Counted from the stretch's first letter, positions 26,886 to 36,179 are shown. The stretch: 64,000 bases of DNA from Deltaproteobacteria bacterium UBA5205 (GCA_002412715.1 DHVP01000004.1:8707-72706); one strand, 5' to 3'. Numbers and translations: made by a program. The notes: a model not told the origin generated them from the sequence alone.

Positions 26886-27857
26886 ATGAACGGGTGCAAA
26901 TTTCTTTTCATAACTATTCTTTGTCTTTTATTCTCCTTCGTTGCCGCGGATGCGTACTGCCAGGGATTCAATCTGGCGGATTTCAAGACGGCCCTGAAGG
27001 CGCAGATAAAATCGACGGGTGCAAGGGATACCATAGTTAAGCGTGTGCCGGCCGGCCAGTCCTGCGTCGAAGCGTCGGACTCCAGGGCCGAAGAGGTTGC
27101 CAAAGTAGTGAAAAACATGCAGTCCAATGGCAAATTCGGCCTCCTGGGGGCGAGGATCGGCAGAACGAGCGGCTGGAATCCCCTTTCCATCGTCTCCGAG
27201 GAGACCCGGAAGAAATATATCGGCGAAACGGCATCGGGGAGCGTGCATACCTATACTGTCGCCCAGTTGTACGATGCGAACGGCAAGGTGTGGTTTACCA
27301 TCGATGCGGACAATTACCTGGGGCCCATTTATATATCGGAGCACGGGGCCGTCGACTGGAACGCCGATCATACGAAGCTGATCGAGGACGTCCCGCCTGT
27401 CATCAGAGGGGTCCACATGTTCAACCCGCCTGCCGCCTTCGTGGGTGACAACGTTCAGTTCCAGGTGAGCGCCGAGGCGGCGCCCTGGATCTCGGGGAGC
27501 CTGAAGTATAAATGGATGTACGTCGGCGGGACAAAGGTGCTAGGTCAGGGCGAATCGCTGAACCTCAGGGTGGACCGCCCGACCACCTATAATCTGAAGG
27601 CCATCGTCTATCACGTCGTCAAGGGCAAGGAGATAGTCCTTGCCGAGGCCACGGGTTCAACGCTCGTCAGTGCGAAGCCCGTCATTCCCGTTGCGCCTGC
27701 CCCCGGTACCAGTACAACGGGCAGGGGATACACCTCACGTTCATCGGGAGGTCAGTCAGCCAATCCCACCGGGATTGTACCGCCGATAAACACGACGAAC
27801 CCCGTGCAGGGTGTTTTCGATGTATTCAAGAAGGCCGGTGATTTCTTCGGGAAGTAA
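26886..27857 (+). CDS. Secreted hypothetical protein with a C-terminal PKD/Ig-like domain related to those of the giant protein
   Basis: A GAGGAGG RBS lies 6 nt before the ATG at 26886. Signal peptide FLFITILCLLFSFVAADA. Ig-like unit with LKYKWMYVGG. S/T/P/G-rich tail. Confidence 0.7.
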   Translation: MNGCKFLFITILCLLFSFVAADAYCQGFNLADFKTALKAQIKSTGARDTIVKRVPAGQSCVEASDSRAEEVAKVVKNMQSNGKFGLLGARIGRTSGWNPLSIVSEETRKKYIGETASGSVHTYTVAQLYDANGKVWFTIDADNYLGPIYISEHGAVDWNADHTKLIEDVPPVIRGVHMFNPPAAFVGDNVQFQVSAEAAPWISGSLKYKWMYVGGTKVLGQGESLNLRVDRPTTYNLKAIVYHVVKGKEIVLAEATGSTLVSAKPVIPVAPAPGTSTTGRGYTSRSSGGQSANPTGIVPPINTTNPVQGVFDVFKKAGDFFGK

Positions 27858-27860
27858 GCA

Positions 27861-29219
27861 GTGACGGGCGGAGGCCGCACCCGGTATGCGCTTGTCCCGC
27901 TGGCTGCGGTTGTCCTTGCCTATCTCAACTCCTTCCAGGGGGTATTCCAGCTCGATGACTACAACGTCATTGTCTTCAACCCCGCCGTCCACTCCTGGTC
28001 CGCCTTCTGGCAGGACTGGTTCCACGGGATACGCCCGCTCCTCAAGCTGACCTATACCCTTAACTGGAGCTCACCGGCAGGGACGTTCGGGTTCCATGTA
28101 TTCAACCTGGCTGTGCACCTGGCGAACACTCTCCTGATTTTTAACCTTACCGCATATTTTTTCAGAGAAGGTCGTGAGGCCCTGCCGGTGAAGACACTGT
28201 ACATGACTGCCTGCCTGACGGCACTTATCTTCGGATTGCATCCCATCCAGACCGAGGCGGTGACATACATAAGCGGACGCAGCGCGTCGCTGATGTCAAT
28301 GTTCTATCTGGGAAGTCTTGCCGCCTACATCAAAGGCACCCGGGAGAGTAGGCCCGTCTGCCTCTACCTTCTTTCCCCGTTGCTCTTTCTCCTTGCTGTG
28401 GCGACAAAAGAGACGGGTATTACCCTGCCGTTCGCCATGGTGCTCTGGGAAGCCGCCGCAGGGCGGCGCGCCGGTTTTAAAAGGGCGCTCGGGAACCAGT
28501 CGGTCCACTGGATGCTCCTGGGGGTGCTGGCTGCAGCCGTCCTCGCCCATCCGCGCTACCGCCTGTTTCTCCTTTACAGTCTCAACCTCAGAGGATTCCA
28601 GGAGAACCTTCTTGGCCAGATAAACGGGGCGGCCCACCTGCTTTCGCACGTGGTCATGCCGGGTCGGCTCAATGTCGATCCCGGCACTTTGCCTCCCGTT
28701 GGCTGGTTCTCGGTAGAATCGCTCACTCTTGTCTGTATCGCGGCGCTGGCTGCTGTCGGGATATGGAAAAAGAGGTCCTGGCTCTTTTTCGGCACAGCAT
28801 GGTTTCTCCTGCACATGATGGTGATAAATGTCCTTATCCCGCGCATCGACAGTGTCAGCGACCGTCATTTCTACCAGGCAAGCTGGGGGATCTTTCTGGT
28901 TGCCGGCGGCGCCATAGGGTGGCTCTTTCTTCGTTTCCCCGGAGGCAGCCGATGGTTCATAACCGTGGTGGCCGGAGTCTCCATCCTTCTCGGTGGCTAC
29001 ACTGTTACCCGTAATTGCGTGTACAAGAGCGAGATCGCCCTGTGGGAGGACACCGCCAGAAAATCGCCTCAGAACCCCAGGGCGTACAATAACCTAGGCT
29101 ATGCCTATGCTCTGAAGGGGCGCAAGGCCGACGCACGCGATGCCTACCGGCATGCCCTCGAGATAGACCCCGCCTTCGAACACGCCCGCAACAACCTGAA
29201 AATGCTCGACAAGCAATGA
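27861..29219 (+). CDS. TMTC/PMT-like GT-C family glycosyltransferase with C-terminal TPR repeats
   Basis: GTG start 3 nt after the upstream stop. First-loop motif FQGVFQLDDYNVIVFNPAV resembles the F-x-DD motif of TMTC/PMT O-mannosyltransferases. About 10 TM helices. C-terminal TPR PRAYNNLGYAYALKGRKADARDAYRHALEIDP. Confidence 0.7.
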   Translation: MTGGGRTRYALVPLAAVVLAYLNSFQGVFQLDDYNVIVFNPAVHSWSAFWQDWFHGIRPLLKLTYTLNWSSPAGTFGFHVFNLAVHLANTLLIFNLTAYFFREGREALPVKTLYMTACLTALIFGLHPIQTEAVTYISGRSASLMSMFYLGSLAAYIKGTRESRPVCLYLLSPLLFLLAVATKETGITLPFAMVLWEAAAGRRAGFKRALGNQSVHWMLLGVLAAAVLAHPRYRLFLLYSLNLRGFQENLLGQINGAAHLLSHVVMPGRLNVDPGTLPPVGWFSVESLTLVCIAALAAVGIWKKRSWLFFGTAWFLLHMMVINVLIPRIDSVSDRHFYQASWGIFLVAGGAIGWLFLRFPGGSRWFITVVAGVSILLGGYTVTRNCVYKSEIALWEDTARKSPQNPRAYNNLGYAYALKGRKADARDAYRHALEIDPAFEHARNNLKMLDKQ

Positions 29220-29291
29220 TCCTGGCGGCAGTACCTACGAAAATATGGCGGACAGTGCAGACAATTCGGCAAGAAGTATTGTTATGTCTCC

Positions 29292-29954
29292 CTATTGCTC
29301 ATCCCGATAACGGGCCATCTGTTTTTCTGTCAACACCTCGGAGAGGCGCTTCGTCATGGCTTTTTCGACATCCGCGAGTTCAGAGTTTACGGCGGCGAGA
29401 TCGGGATGGTCCATTTTTTCATACTTCCCGATGATGAGCGCTCGTTTGTTCTTCTGATCTTCCAGGATGGATGCGACCTGCGATTGCTGCGCGGGATCGA
29501 GGTTCAGGCGGTCCTTCAGCGTCGCGGCATCGGGAAGGCCATTCTGCGCAGTGTTCAACAATCTGAAGTAATAGGAAGTGTATCTCCGGGAAAACCTTTC
29601 CTGCCTCGCCTGCAGCCTGGTCTTCTGTTCGTCATTAAGCTTCTCTTTTATGAGTTCAAAATTCCGAACGTAAACCTTCTTGAGACTTGGCTCATAGGAC
29701 GCCCTGACACCTGTCGCCTTTGCCTCCGTCATTGTGAGTATCTTATGGATCTCGGCCTGCTGCCCGGTATCGAGATTGAGGTCAACGGTGAGCTTTTTCA
29801 TGATCTTCTTCACCCTGTCCTCGGCACTGCGTGACCTGTCGGCCCGGGATCCATCCAACTGGTGATTGAGGTATATCCGCGTCCCCAGTGAGCCGGCGAA
29901 GATCCCTACCAGCAGGACGAGCACCAACGTGACGATGATCTTTATCTTGTCCAT
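29292..29954 (-). CDS. Periplasmic Spy/CpxP-like (LTxxQ-repeat) protein
   Basis: N-terminal anchor/signal MDKIKIIVTLVLVLLVGIFAG. Repeated L(N/T)xxQ motifs (LNLDTGQQ, LNDEQKTRLQ, LNLDPAQQ, LTEKQMARY). Start taken at the ATG at 29954. Confidence 0.6.
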   Translation of the reverse strand: MDKIKIIVTLVLVLLVGIFAGSLGTRIYLNHQLDGSRADRSRSAEDRVKKIMKKLTVDLNLDTGQQAEIHKILTMTEAKATGVRASYEPSLKKVYVRNFELIKEKLNDEQKTRLQARQERFSRRYTSYYFRLLNTAQNGLPDAATLKDRLNLDPAQQSQVASILEDQKNKRALIIGKYEKMDHPDLAAVNSELADVEKAMTKRLSEVLTEKQMARYRDEQ

Positions 29955-29967
29955 GGTATCTCTCCTC

Positions 29968-30291
29968 TTAACCATTGTCATCCAGAAGGACCAACTCGAC
30001 GGTGTCGTCGGCCACAATCCGGGCGAAATACTGATCGGCGGTCACATCATAGCGGTATACGGCAACGGCAAGAAATATGATGATCGCACATGCCACGGGG
30101 CAGATTCGCCAGAACATCTTCCCGAACATATCCGTCCAGGCGGGGGCCTCCGACGCGTCCGCGATGCGGCCTATGCTGTTCATGACCCCCATTTCCCATG
30201 AGTTGCCCGGTTCGGGCCCCCCGCGGCTCTTGTGCGTGGCGGCGAGGGCCTTTTCGAGCCTTTTGAGTTCCTCTTCCTTCAGGGATTTCAT
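29968..30291 (-). CDS. Putative single-pass anti-sigma factor
   Basis: 107 aa with one TM segment (ICPVACAIIIFLAVAVY). Lies 15 nt downstream of the ECF sigma gene. The call rests on position and topology only. Confidence 0.5.
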   Translation of the reverse strand: MKSLKEEELKRLEKALAATHKSRGGPEPGNSWEMGVMNSIGRIADASEAPAWTDMFGKMFWRICPVACAIIIFLAVAVYRYDVTADQYFARIVADDTVELVLLDDNG

Positions 30292-30305
30292 ATGACATGC
30301 CTCCT

Positions 30306-31067
30306 TTATTTCCTGCCGGCATCTTTAAGGAGCTTACGAAGCCTGTTGCGCGACCGGAAAGAACGAATCTTCACGTTTGCCGTGCTCCATCCGAGCAGAT
30401 CGGCTGTTTCCCGCACCGATAACCCTTCCATGTAGACGAGTTCCAGCACCATGCGATCTTCCGGTGTCAATCTGGCCAATGCCCAGTCAAGTACTTCCCG
30501 TGCCTCGATCTGCCTTCCGATATCATCCAGCGACCCCCCGGACGACTCGGACAGGGTATACTCGATCCATTCGCGGTGCTGGTCGCCGAGGGAACTCATG
30601 GTCACCTCTTTCGATCGATAGGCGCGTCTCCAGTAGTCGTAGCAGGTTCGTGTCGCAATCGCCGCGATCCAATGTCTGAATCCTTCGGGCCCGCTGAACT
30701 TCGCAAGAGACTCCCAGACCCGTATGAAGGCGTCATGAGCCACCTCTTCGGCGTCCTCATAGGGGATATGGCGATTTACGATCTTAAAGACATACATTTT
30801 GTATTTCTTGAGAAGAAAGGCGAAGGCGTTCCTGTCCCCGTTGAGGACGCGGGTTATATATGCGGCGTCGGAGGACGCATGTTCGTCCTGTTCAATATGA
30901 TCAACCACGGCGGATACCCATACAGGTCTGTTATAACAAAGCTGACCGGCCAGGGCAAGCTCCATATCCAGGGGCCGCCGACCCATCGGCGGGTTTACCG
31001 CCGTGTGAGCCCTCGATCTTGTTTCGCAAACGCCTTCCACATTCTCTCCATCACGGAGCCTTTTCAC
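30306..31067 (-). CDS. ECF-type RNA polymerase sigma-70 family factor
   Basis: Region 2 (EEVAHDAFIRVWESL, FRHWIAAIATRTCYDYWR) and region 4 (LSVRETADLLGWSTANVKIRSFRSRNRL). The GTG at 31067 has an AAGGAG RBS. Internal starts at 30965 (ATG) or further downstream would give a more typical ECF length. Confidence 0.85.
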   Translation of the reverse strand: MKRLRDGENVEGVCETRSRAHTAVNPPMGRRPLDMELALAGQLCYNRPVWVSAVVDHIEQDEHASSDAAYITRVLNGDRNAFAFLLKKYKMYVFKIVNRHIPYEDAEEVAHDAFIRVWESLAKFSGPEGFRHWIAAIATRTCYDYWRRAYRSKEVTMSSLGDQHREWIEYTLSESSGGSLDDIGRQIEAREVLDWALARLTPEDRMVLELVYMEGLSVRETADLLGWSTANVKIRSFRSRNRLRKLLKDAGRK

Positions 31068-31084
31068 CTGCTCCTTTTCCTCTT

Positions 31085-31113
31085 AAGTCGTACCATCCGC
31101 AAAAAAGGTTACA
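31085..31113 (-). promoter_or_regulatory. Candidate ECF-type promoter (TGTAACC-N16-CGACTT) for the sigma operon
   Basis: Minus-strand TGTAACC (31113-31107), a 16-nt spacer, then CGACTT (31090-31085). The same motif pair occurs in mirror image at 31234-31262. Confidence 0.4.
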
Positions 31114-31122
31114 AGAAGATGA

Positions 31123-31224
31123 GAAGATAGGTAATAGGTAATAGGTGATGGGTAATGGGTAAAACGAGAAACAAAAAAAGAGTCCTTCCTATAACCCATT
31201 ACCCATCACCTATTACCTATCTTC
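31123..31224. repeat. Long imperfect inverted repeat built from AT(A/G)GGT(A/G) heptamers
   Basis: Left arm gaagATAGGTAATAGGTAATAGGTGATGGGTAATGGGT (31123-31160). Right arm is its reverse complement minus one heptamer (31194-31224). The loop is about 33 nt. Confidence 0.8.
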
Positions 31225-31233
31225 ATTTCTTTT

Positions 31234-31262
31234 TGTAACCGATCGTGAATCTTTTACGACTT
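31234..31262 (+). promoter_or_regulatory. Candidate ECF-type promoter (TGTAACC-N16-CGACTT) for the efflux operon
   Basis: TGTAACC (31234-31240), a 16-nt spacer, then CGACTT (31257-31262). Mirror image of the site at 31085-31113. Confidence 0.4.
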
Positions 31263-31326
31263 CATAGAAAGCATGATGAAGAATTTGAAAACGTGGATGA
31301 AAAATTATTATGGCAAGGAGCCCCAG

Positions 31327-32616
31327 ATGGAAGAAGCTCATAACGAAACCTCATATATCAGGAAGATCCTCGGGTCGGCAGGACAGGGCAAGGGTCTGAA
31401 GAAAAGAACAATATGGCTTGCCTCGGCCGCGGCTGCAATCATTCTGACGGGGGCGGTTGTCCTATACGCATCGACGGGCAAATCGGAGGTTCGCTACAGG
31501 ACATCTGAGGTCAAGAAGGGCGACCTGACCGTCACCGTCACTGCCACGGGAACGCTGGAGCCTGTCGAGCAGGTTGAGGTCGGCACGGAGGTTTCGGGAA
31601 CTATCAAGACGGTCTCCGTGGATTTCAACGACAAAGTGAAGGTGGGACAGGTCCTTGCAAAACTGGACACGACGAAGCTGGAGGCCCAGGTTCTCCAGTC
31701 GGAAGCGACGTTGAACTACGCACGGGCGAAGCTGCTGGAGACACAGGCTACCGTTTCCGAAACGCAAAGCAAATTGAACCGTTTTAAAGAAAGCCTCGAA
31801 CTCAGCGGGGGCAAGGTTCCTTCCCGAGCCGAATACGACTCCGCGGAGGCGGCATTCAAGCGTGCCAAAGCTCAGGAGGGGACAGCCCGTGCTGATATTG
31901 CGAAGGCTGAGGCGACCCTGAAAGCGAACAAATCCGATCTGTCGAAGGCTACCATACGTTCCACAATCAACGGGATAGTTCTGGAGCGCAAGGTCGAGCC
32001 CGGCCAAACGGTTGCGGCGTCCCTTCAAACTCCGGTATTGTTCAAGCTCGCCGAGGATTTGAGACAGATGGAGCTTCGCATCTATGTCGATGAAGCGGAC
32101 GTTGGCCAGGTTACGGAAGGCCAGAGCGCCATCTTCACTGTAGATGCCTTCCCCGAAAAGGAATTCCCCGCCAAAGTCAAGGAGGCCCGTTTTGCCGCCA
32201 AAACGGAAAATAACGTGGTCACCTATGAGACAATTCTGGAAGTGGACAATACGGAGATGTTCCTTCGTCCCGGCATGACCGCTACCGCCTTTATCACCGT
32301 GAAGAACGTCTCGGATGCCCTCCTGGTTCCCAACGCCGCCCTCAGGTTTACGCCGCCGCAGGACAAATCTCAGAAGGAAGGGTCGGGAGGAAGCCAGTTG
32401 CTGACGAGTCTTTTAAGCCGCAGGCCTCCGGGAGCGAATACGCGGCAAACGCAAAAGCCCAATGGCAGCCCCTCGGTCTGGAAGGTTGAAGGCGAAGGTA
32501 TCGTTCGCGTACCGGTCAAGCCCGGCGTCACTGATGGCGCAATGACACAGATCGTTGAGGGAAATCTTGTCCCCGGGGCCATCGTGGCAACGGACATCGT
32601 GAGGGCAAAACAATGA
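31327..32616 (+). CDS. Efflux periplasmic adaptor subunit (HlyD/MacA family)
   Basis: TM anchor, barrel-sandwich GTLEPVEQVEVGTEVSGTI, a long coiled-coil hairpin, then beta-barrel domains. Start moved to the AAGGAG-preceded ATG at 31327; the ORF track start is 31273. Confidence 0.85.
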   Translation: MEEAHNETSYIRKILGSAGQGKGLKKRTIWLASAAAAIILTGAVVLYASTGKSEVRYRTSEVKKGDLTVTVTATGTLEPVEQVEVGTEVSGTIKTVSVDFNDKVKVGQVLAKLDTTKLEAQVLQSEATLNYARAKLLETQATVSETQSKLNRFKESLELSGGKVPSRAEYDSAEAAFKRAKAQEGTARADIAKAEATLKANKSDLSKATIRSTINGIVLERKVEPGQTVAASLQTPVLFKLAEDLRQMELRIYVDEADVGQVTEGQSAIFTVDAFPEKEFPAKVKEARFAAKTENNVVTYETILEVDNTEMFLRPGMTATAFITVKNVSDALLVPNAALRFTPPQDKSQKEGSGGSQLLTSLLSRRPPGANTRQTQKPNGSPSVWKVEGEGIVRVPVKPGVTDGAMTQIVEGNLVPGAIVATDIVRAKQ

Positions 32617-33350
32617 AGGAACAGATGAATGAGATAGCGCAGAAACCAGGTGAGCCTCTTATCGAACTCATGGGCATCACAAAGGTATACGGCAAGGGAC
32701 AGGCCGCCCTGCAGGCATTGAGAGGAATCGATCTGTCCGTTTACGAAGGCGACTTCGTGGCCGTGATGGGGCCGAGCGGCTGCGGAAAATCAACATGCAT
32801 GAATCTGCTTGGATGTCTCGACACCCCGACGAGCGGCCGGTACCTCTTCAAGGGGATAGACATCGGGGACCTGTCGCGCAACCAGAGGGCATTGCTCAGG
32901 CGCCACTATCTGGGTTTTGTCTTCCAGGGGTTCAACCTTCTCAGCCGGACATCGGCCTTAGAGAATGTTGAGCTGCCTCTCCTGTACAGGGGCACTCCCC
33001 ATTCCCAGCGCAGACAGATCGCCAGCGACGCACTGAATGCGGTGGGCCTTGCCGGGTGGGAGCACCACACTCCGGCAGAGCTCTCCGGAGGGCAGCAGCA
33101 GCGGGTAGCCATAGCACGGGCTATCGCAACCTCGCCAACGGTCCTGCTTGCAGATGAGCCCACAGGCAACCTCGATTCCGTTCGCAGCAGGGAGATTATG
33201 GAACTTCTTTCGACGCTCAACACGGACAGGGGCATCACAGTTATGATGGTCACCCATGAGCCGGACATGGCGGAATATGCGAGCCGCACGGTACGTTTCC
33301 GGGATGGCCTCATCGCTTCCGACAGACGTGGCAGGGAGGTGGTGCAATGA
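32613..33350 (+). CDS. MacB-type ABC transporter ATP-binding protein
   Basis: Walker A GPSGCGKST, signature LSGGQQQRVAIARA and Walker B LLADEPTGNLD. 4-nt overlaps with both neighbouring genes. Confidence 0.9.
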   Translation: MKEQMNEIAQKPGEPLIELMGITKVYGKGQAALQALRGIDLSVYEGDFVAVMGPSGCGKSTCMNLLGCLDTPTSGRYLFKGIDIGDLSRNQRALLRRHYLGFVFQGFNLLSRTSALENVELPLLYRGTPHSQRRQIASDALNAVGLAGWEHHTPAELSGGQQQRVAIARAIATSPTVLLADEPTGNLDSVRSREIMELLSTLNTDRGITVMMVTHEPDMAEYASRTVRFRDGLIASDRRGREVVQ

Positions 33351-34555
33351 TAGGGAACGCGCTTATACTGGCACTTCGGGCGATCCGGCGCAACAAAATG
33401 CGTTCGTTCCTGACGATGCTCGGCATTGTCATCGGTGTCGCGGCTGTCATCACTCTCGTAACGGTGGGAGGCGGGGCAACGGCGAAGGTGACCGAGGATA
33501 TCGCCAAACTCGGCAGCAATCTGCTCATGGTTACGCCCGGCCAGATGAGGGGCGGGGGCGGCGGGCATGGAACGGCCAAATCCTTCGACGTGGATGACGC
33601 AAAGGCCATTACCCGTGAGATAGGTTCTCTTAAGGCGGTTGCCCCGTCCTCTTCCTCGACGGCAATGGCAGTGTTCGGATCAAAGAGCTGGTCGACACTG
33701 GTTACCGGTGTCGAGAACGGTTTTCTGAAGGTGAAGGACTGGTCGGTGGAGGAAGGGAGGGAGTTTTCAGACGGGGAGATCCGTTCGGGAACTGCCGTGT
33801 GCATACTGGGGGCGACGGCGAAGAAAGAGCTCTTCGGCGAGCAGACGCCTGTCGAACAGAGGATTCGGATCAAGGGTATTTCCTTCGAGGTTGTGGGCAT
33901 ACTGACTGCCAAAGGCCAGTCCACCACGGGGAGGGATCAGGATGACCTTATCATCATGCCGCTGCGAGCTTTTCAACGGCGCATTTCAGGAAATGAAGAT
34001 ATCAGCCTGATTCAGGTTTCAGTTGAGGACGGGGCTTCCACGGAAAAGGCCCAGCAGGACATCGAAGGCCTGCTTAGGGAGCGCCGGCGTATTTCAACAC
34101 TTAAGGCGAACGACTTTCAAATCAGGGACATGAAGGAACTGGCGAGTACGATGCTCGCTACGACGCAGCTGCTTACAACGCTTCTCGGCGCGGTGGCGGC
34201 CGTAAGCCTTCTGGTTGGAGGCATCGGGATCATGAACATCATGCTCGTCTCCGTGACGGAACGGACACGGGAGATCGGCACCCGCCTGGCTATAGGCGCG
34301 CTGGAGCGTGAAGTCCTCCTGCAGTTCCTCGTCGAGGCGATGGTGCTTTCCGCATTCGGTGGTTTTTTCGGGATCATACTGGCCCTTATTACGTCCGCCG
34401 TCCTGGTTCGCATCCTTGACGTGCCTTTTGTCTGGAACACAGGGATCATTTTCATCGCCTTTGTTTTTTCGGCGGCGGTCGGGCTTATATTCGGCTACGT
34501 CCCGGCACATAAAGCGGCAAGTCTCGACCCGATCGAGGCGCTTCGACACGAGTAG
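33347..34555 (+). CDS. MacB-type ABC transporter permease (FtsX-like with periplasmic MacB_PCD domain)
   Basis: N-terminal ALRAIRRNKMRSFLTMLGIVIGVAAV, a large periplasmic domain, a C-terminal FtsX helical bundle and a DPIEALRHE terminus. Confidence 0.9.
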   Translation: MIGNALILALRAIRRNKMRSFLTMLGIVIGVAAVITLVTVGGGATAKVTEDIAKLGSNLLMVTPGQMRGGGGGHGTAKSFDVDDAKAITREIGSLKAVAPSSSSTAMAVFGSKSWSTLVTGVENGFLKVKDWSVEEGREFSDGEIRSGTAVCILGATAKKELFGEQTPVEQRIRIKGISFEVVGILTAKGQSTTGRDQDDLIIMPLRAFQRRISGNEDISLIQVSVEDGASTEKAQQDIEGLLRERRRISTLKANDFQIRDMKELASTMLATTQLLTTLLGAVAAVSLLVGGIGIMNIMLVSVTERTREIGTRLAIGALEREVLLQFLVEAMVLSAFGGFFGIILALITSAVLVRILDVPFVWNTGIIFIAFVFSAAVGLIFGYVPAHKAASLDPIEALRHE

Positions 34556-34564
34556 GAAGATAGC

Positions 34565-36067
34565 ATGATCAAGATGGAGGACATAGCGACCATGAACGTC
34601 AAAGAGAGAATCCTGAAGTACGCGGCAATCTTCGCAGCTGTTGTCATGCTGGCCGGATGCGCGACAGTCGGGCCCGATTACGCAGCACCGGATACAAAGG
34701 CCCCCGATAAATGGAATACCGCCGTGCCTGCCGGCAGCGGCGCCGCGGACACATCCCGCGATTCTCTTGCGTCGTGGTGGGCGAACCTAGACGACCCCGC
34801 CCTTGTAGCGCTCATCGATGTTGCTCTCAGGAACAATAAAGACCTCAAGCAGGCGAAGGCACGTATACGGGAAGCCAGGGCCCAGCGGGGTGTCGTCGAA
34901 GCAAGACTCCTGCCTTCGGCAGACGCCTCAGGTTCCTACACGTTGTCCCGGACAGAAAACAATTCCGAGGCGGGAACGACCAGGAACCTTTTTGCCGCGG
35001 GTCTCGATGCCGGATGGGAGATCGATCTTTTCGGCGGCCTCAGAAGGGCCACGGAGGCGTCACAGGCTGCCTACGAAGCATCTCAGGAGGACTACCTGAT
35101 GGTTCATGTGAGCCTGGCGGCGGAGGTTGCCCTCAATTATATCGATGTGCGGACGCTCCAGGAGAGGCTCGCGATCGTCGAAGAAAACCTGAAGCTTCAA
35201 ACGGAGACCTATGAATTGACGACGTATCGTCTCAAGGCCGGCCTTGTAACGCAACTCGACGTGGACCGCGCGAAAACGAACATGGAAGAGACCCGCGCAT
35301 CTGTCCCGACGCTGGTCACCCGTCTGGCCGCCGCCAGGAACAGGCTCTCCGCCCTCATGGGAGAATATCCCGGCTACGCCGACCCGCAGGTCGCCGACCC
35401 CAAAACACTTCCGATAGCCCCCCTCGAAATAGCATTGGGCGTACCCGCGGAAACACTTCGCCGCCGCCCCGACATCCGCAGCGCCGAGAGGGAACTGGCA
35501 GCGCAAACCGCACGGATAGGTGTGGCAACCGCCGATCTGTATCCGAAACTGAGCCTCAACGGTTCCATAGGTATCGATGCCTCCAGCTTCGCTGGCCTCT
35601 TCTCGGCCAATAGCCGCGGCGCCGCCATAGGCCCAAGGTTTACCTGGAACATCTTCAGCGCAGGCGCGGTGCGCAGCAATATCGAAATCCAGAATGCAAA
35701 ACAGGAACAGGCGCTTCTCCAGTATGAGAACACCATCCTCCTGGCCCTGGAAGAAGCCGAAAACGCCATAACCGCCTATGTCAACGAACAAAAGCGCGCC
35801 CAATCGCTGAACGACGCCCTGCTGTCCGCCACCAGTTCAACAAATCTGGCATTGAATCAATACCAATCCGGCCTTATCGATTTTCAAGGCGTACTCGACG
35901 CCCAGAGGACCTTGCTTTCCGTAAAAGACAACCTGGCAGTAAGCAAGGGAACCGTGATAGCCAACCTGGTACGCCTTTACAAGGCCCTCGGCGGCGGCTG
36001 GACCCCCGCGGCAATCCCTGTCCGGCAAGGTTCTTCCGCCAATGGAGAAAAAGAGAAGAAGGGGTAA
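34565..36067 (+). CDS. Outer membrane factor lipoprotein (NodT/TolC family)
   Basis: Lipobox VMLAGCAT. Duplicated TolC-like helical and beta repeats. LVRLYKALGGGW C-terminal motif typical of NodT-family OMFs. Confidence 0.9.
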   Translation: MIKMEDIATMNVKERILKYAAIFAAVVMLAGCATVGPDYAAPDTKAPDKWNTAVPAGSGAADTSRDSLASWWANLDDPALVALIDVALRNNKDLKQAKARIREARAQRGVVEARLLPSADASGSYTLSRTENNSEAGTTRNLFAAGLDAGWEIDLFGGLRRATEASQAAYEASQEDYLMVHVSLAAEVALNYIDVRTLQERLAIVEENLKLQTETYELTTYRLKAGLVTQLDVDRAKTNMEETRASVPTLVTRLAAARNRLSALMGEYPGYADPQVADPKTLPIAPLEIALGVPAETLRRRPDIRSAERELAAQTARIGVATADLYPKLSLNGSIGIDASSFAGLFSANSRGAAIGPRFTWNIFSAGAVRSNIEIQNAKQEQALLQYENTILLALEEAENAITAYVNEQKRAQSLNDALLSATSSTNLALNQYQSGLIDFQGVLDAQRTLLSVKDNLAVSKGTVIANLVRLYKALGGGWTPAAIPVRQGSSANGEKEKKG

Positions 36068-36179
36068 CGTTCCCCTTTATTACTGAGATTCCATAGTGTA
36101 TACTATCCCCGTTTCTGGGAGAACCTCGCATCGTCTTCCCCTGCGTACGTCTGACATGCAATTTTCCTGTAATCTTTTG

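Noticed and set aside
31123-31224. Short tandem repeats that might be mistaken for a mini CRISPR array or coding repeats
   Set aside because: The units are contiguous 7-mers with no spacers, arranged as an inverted repeat, and there are no cas genes. They are treated as a regulatory or structural palindrome instead.
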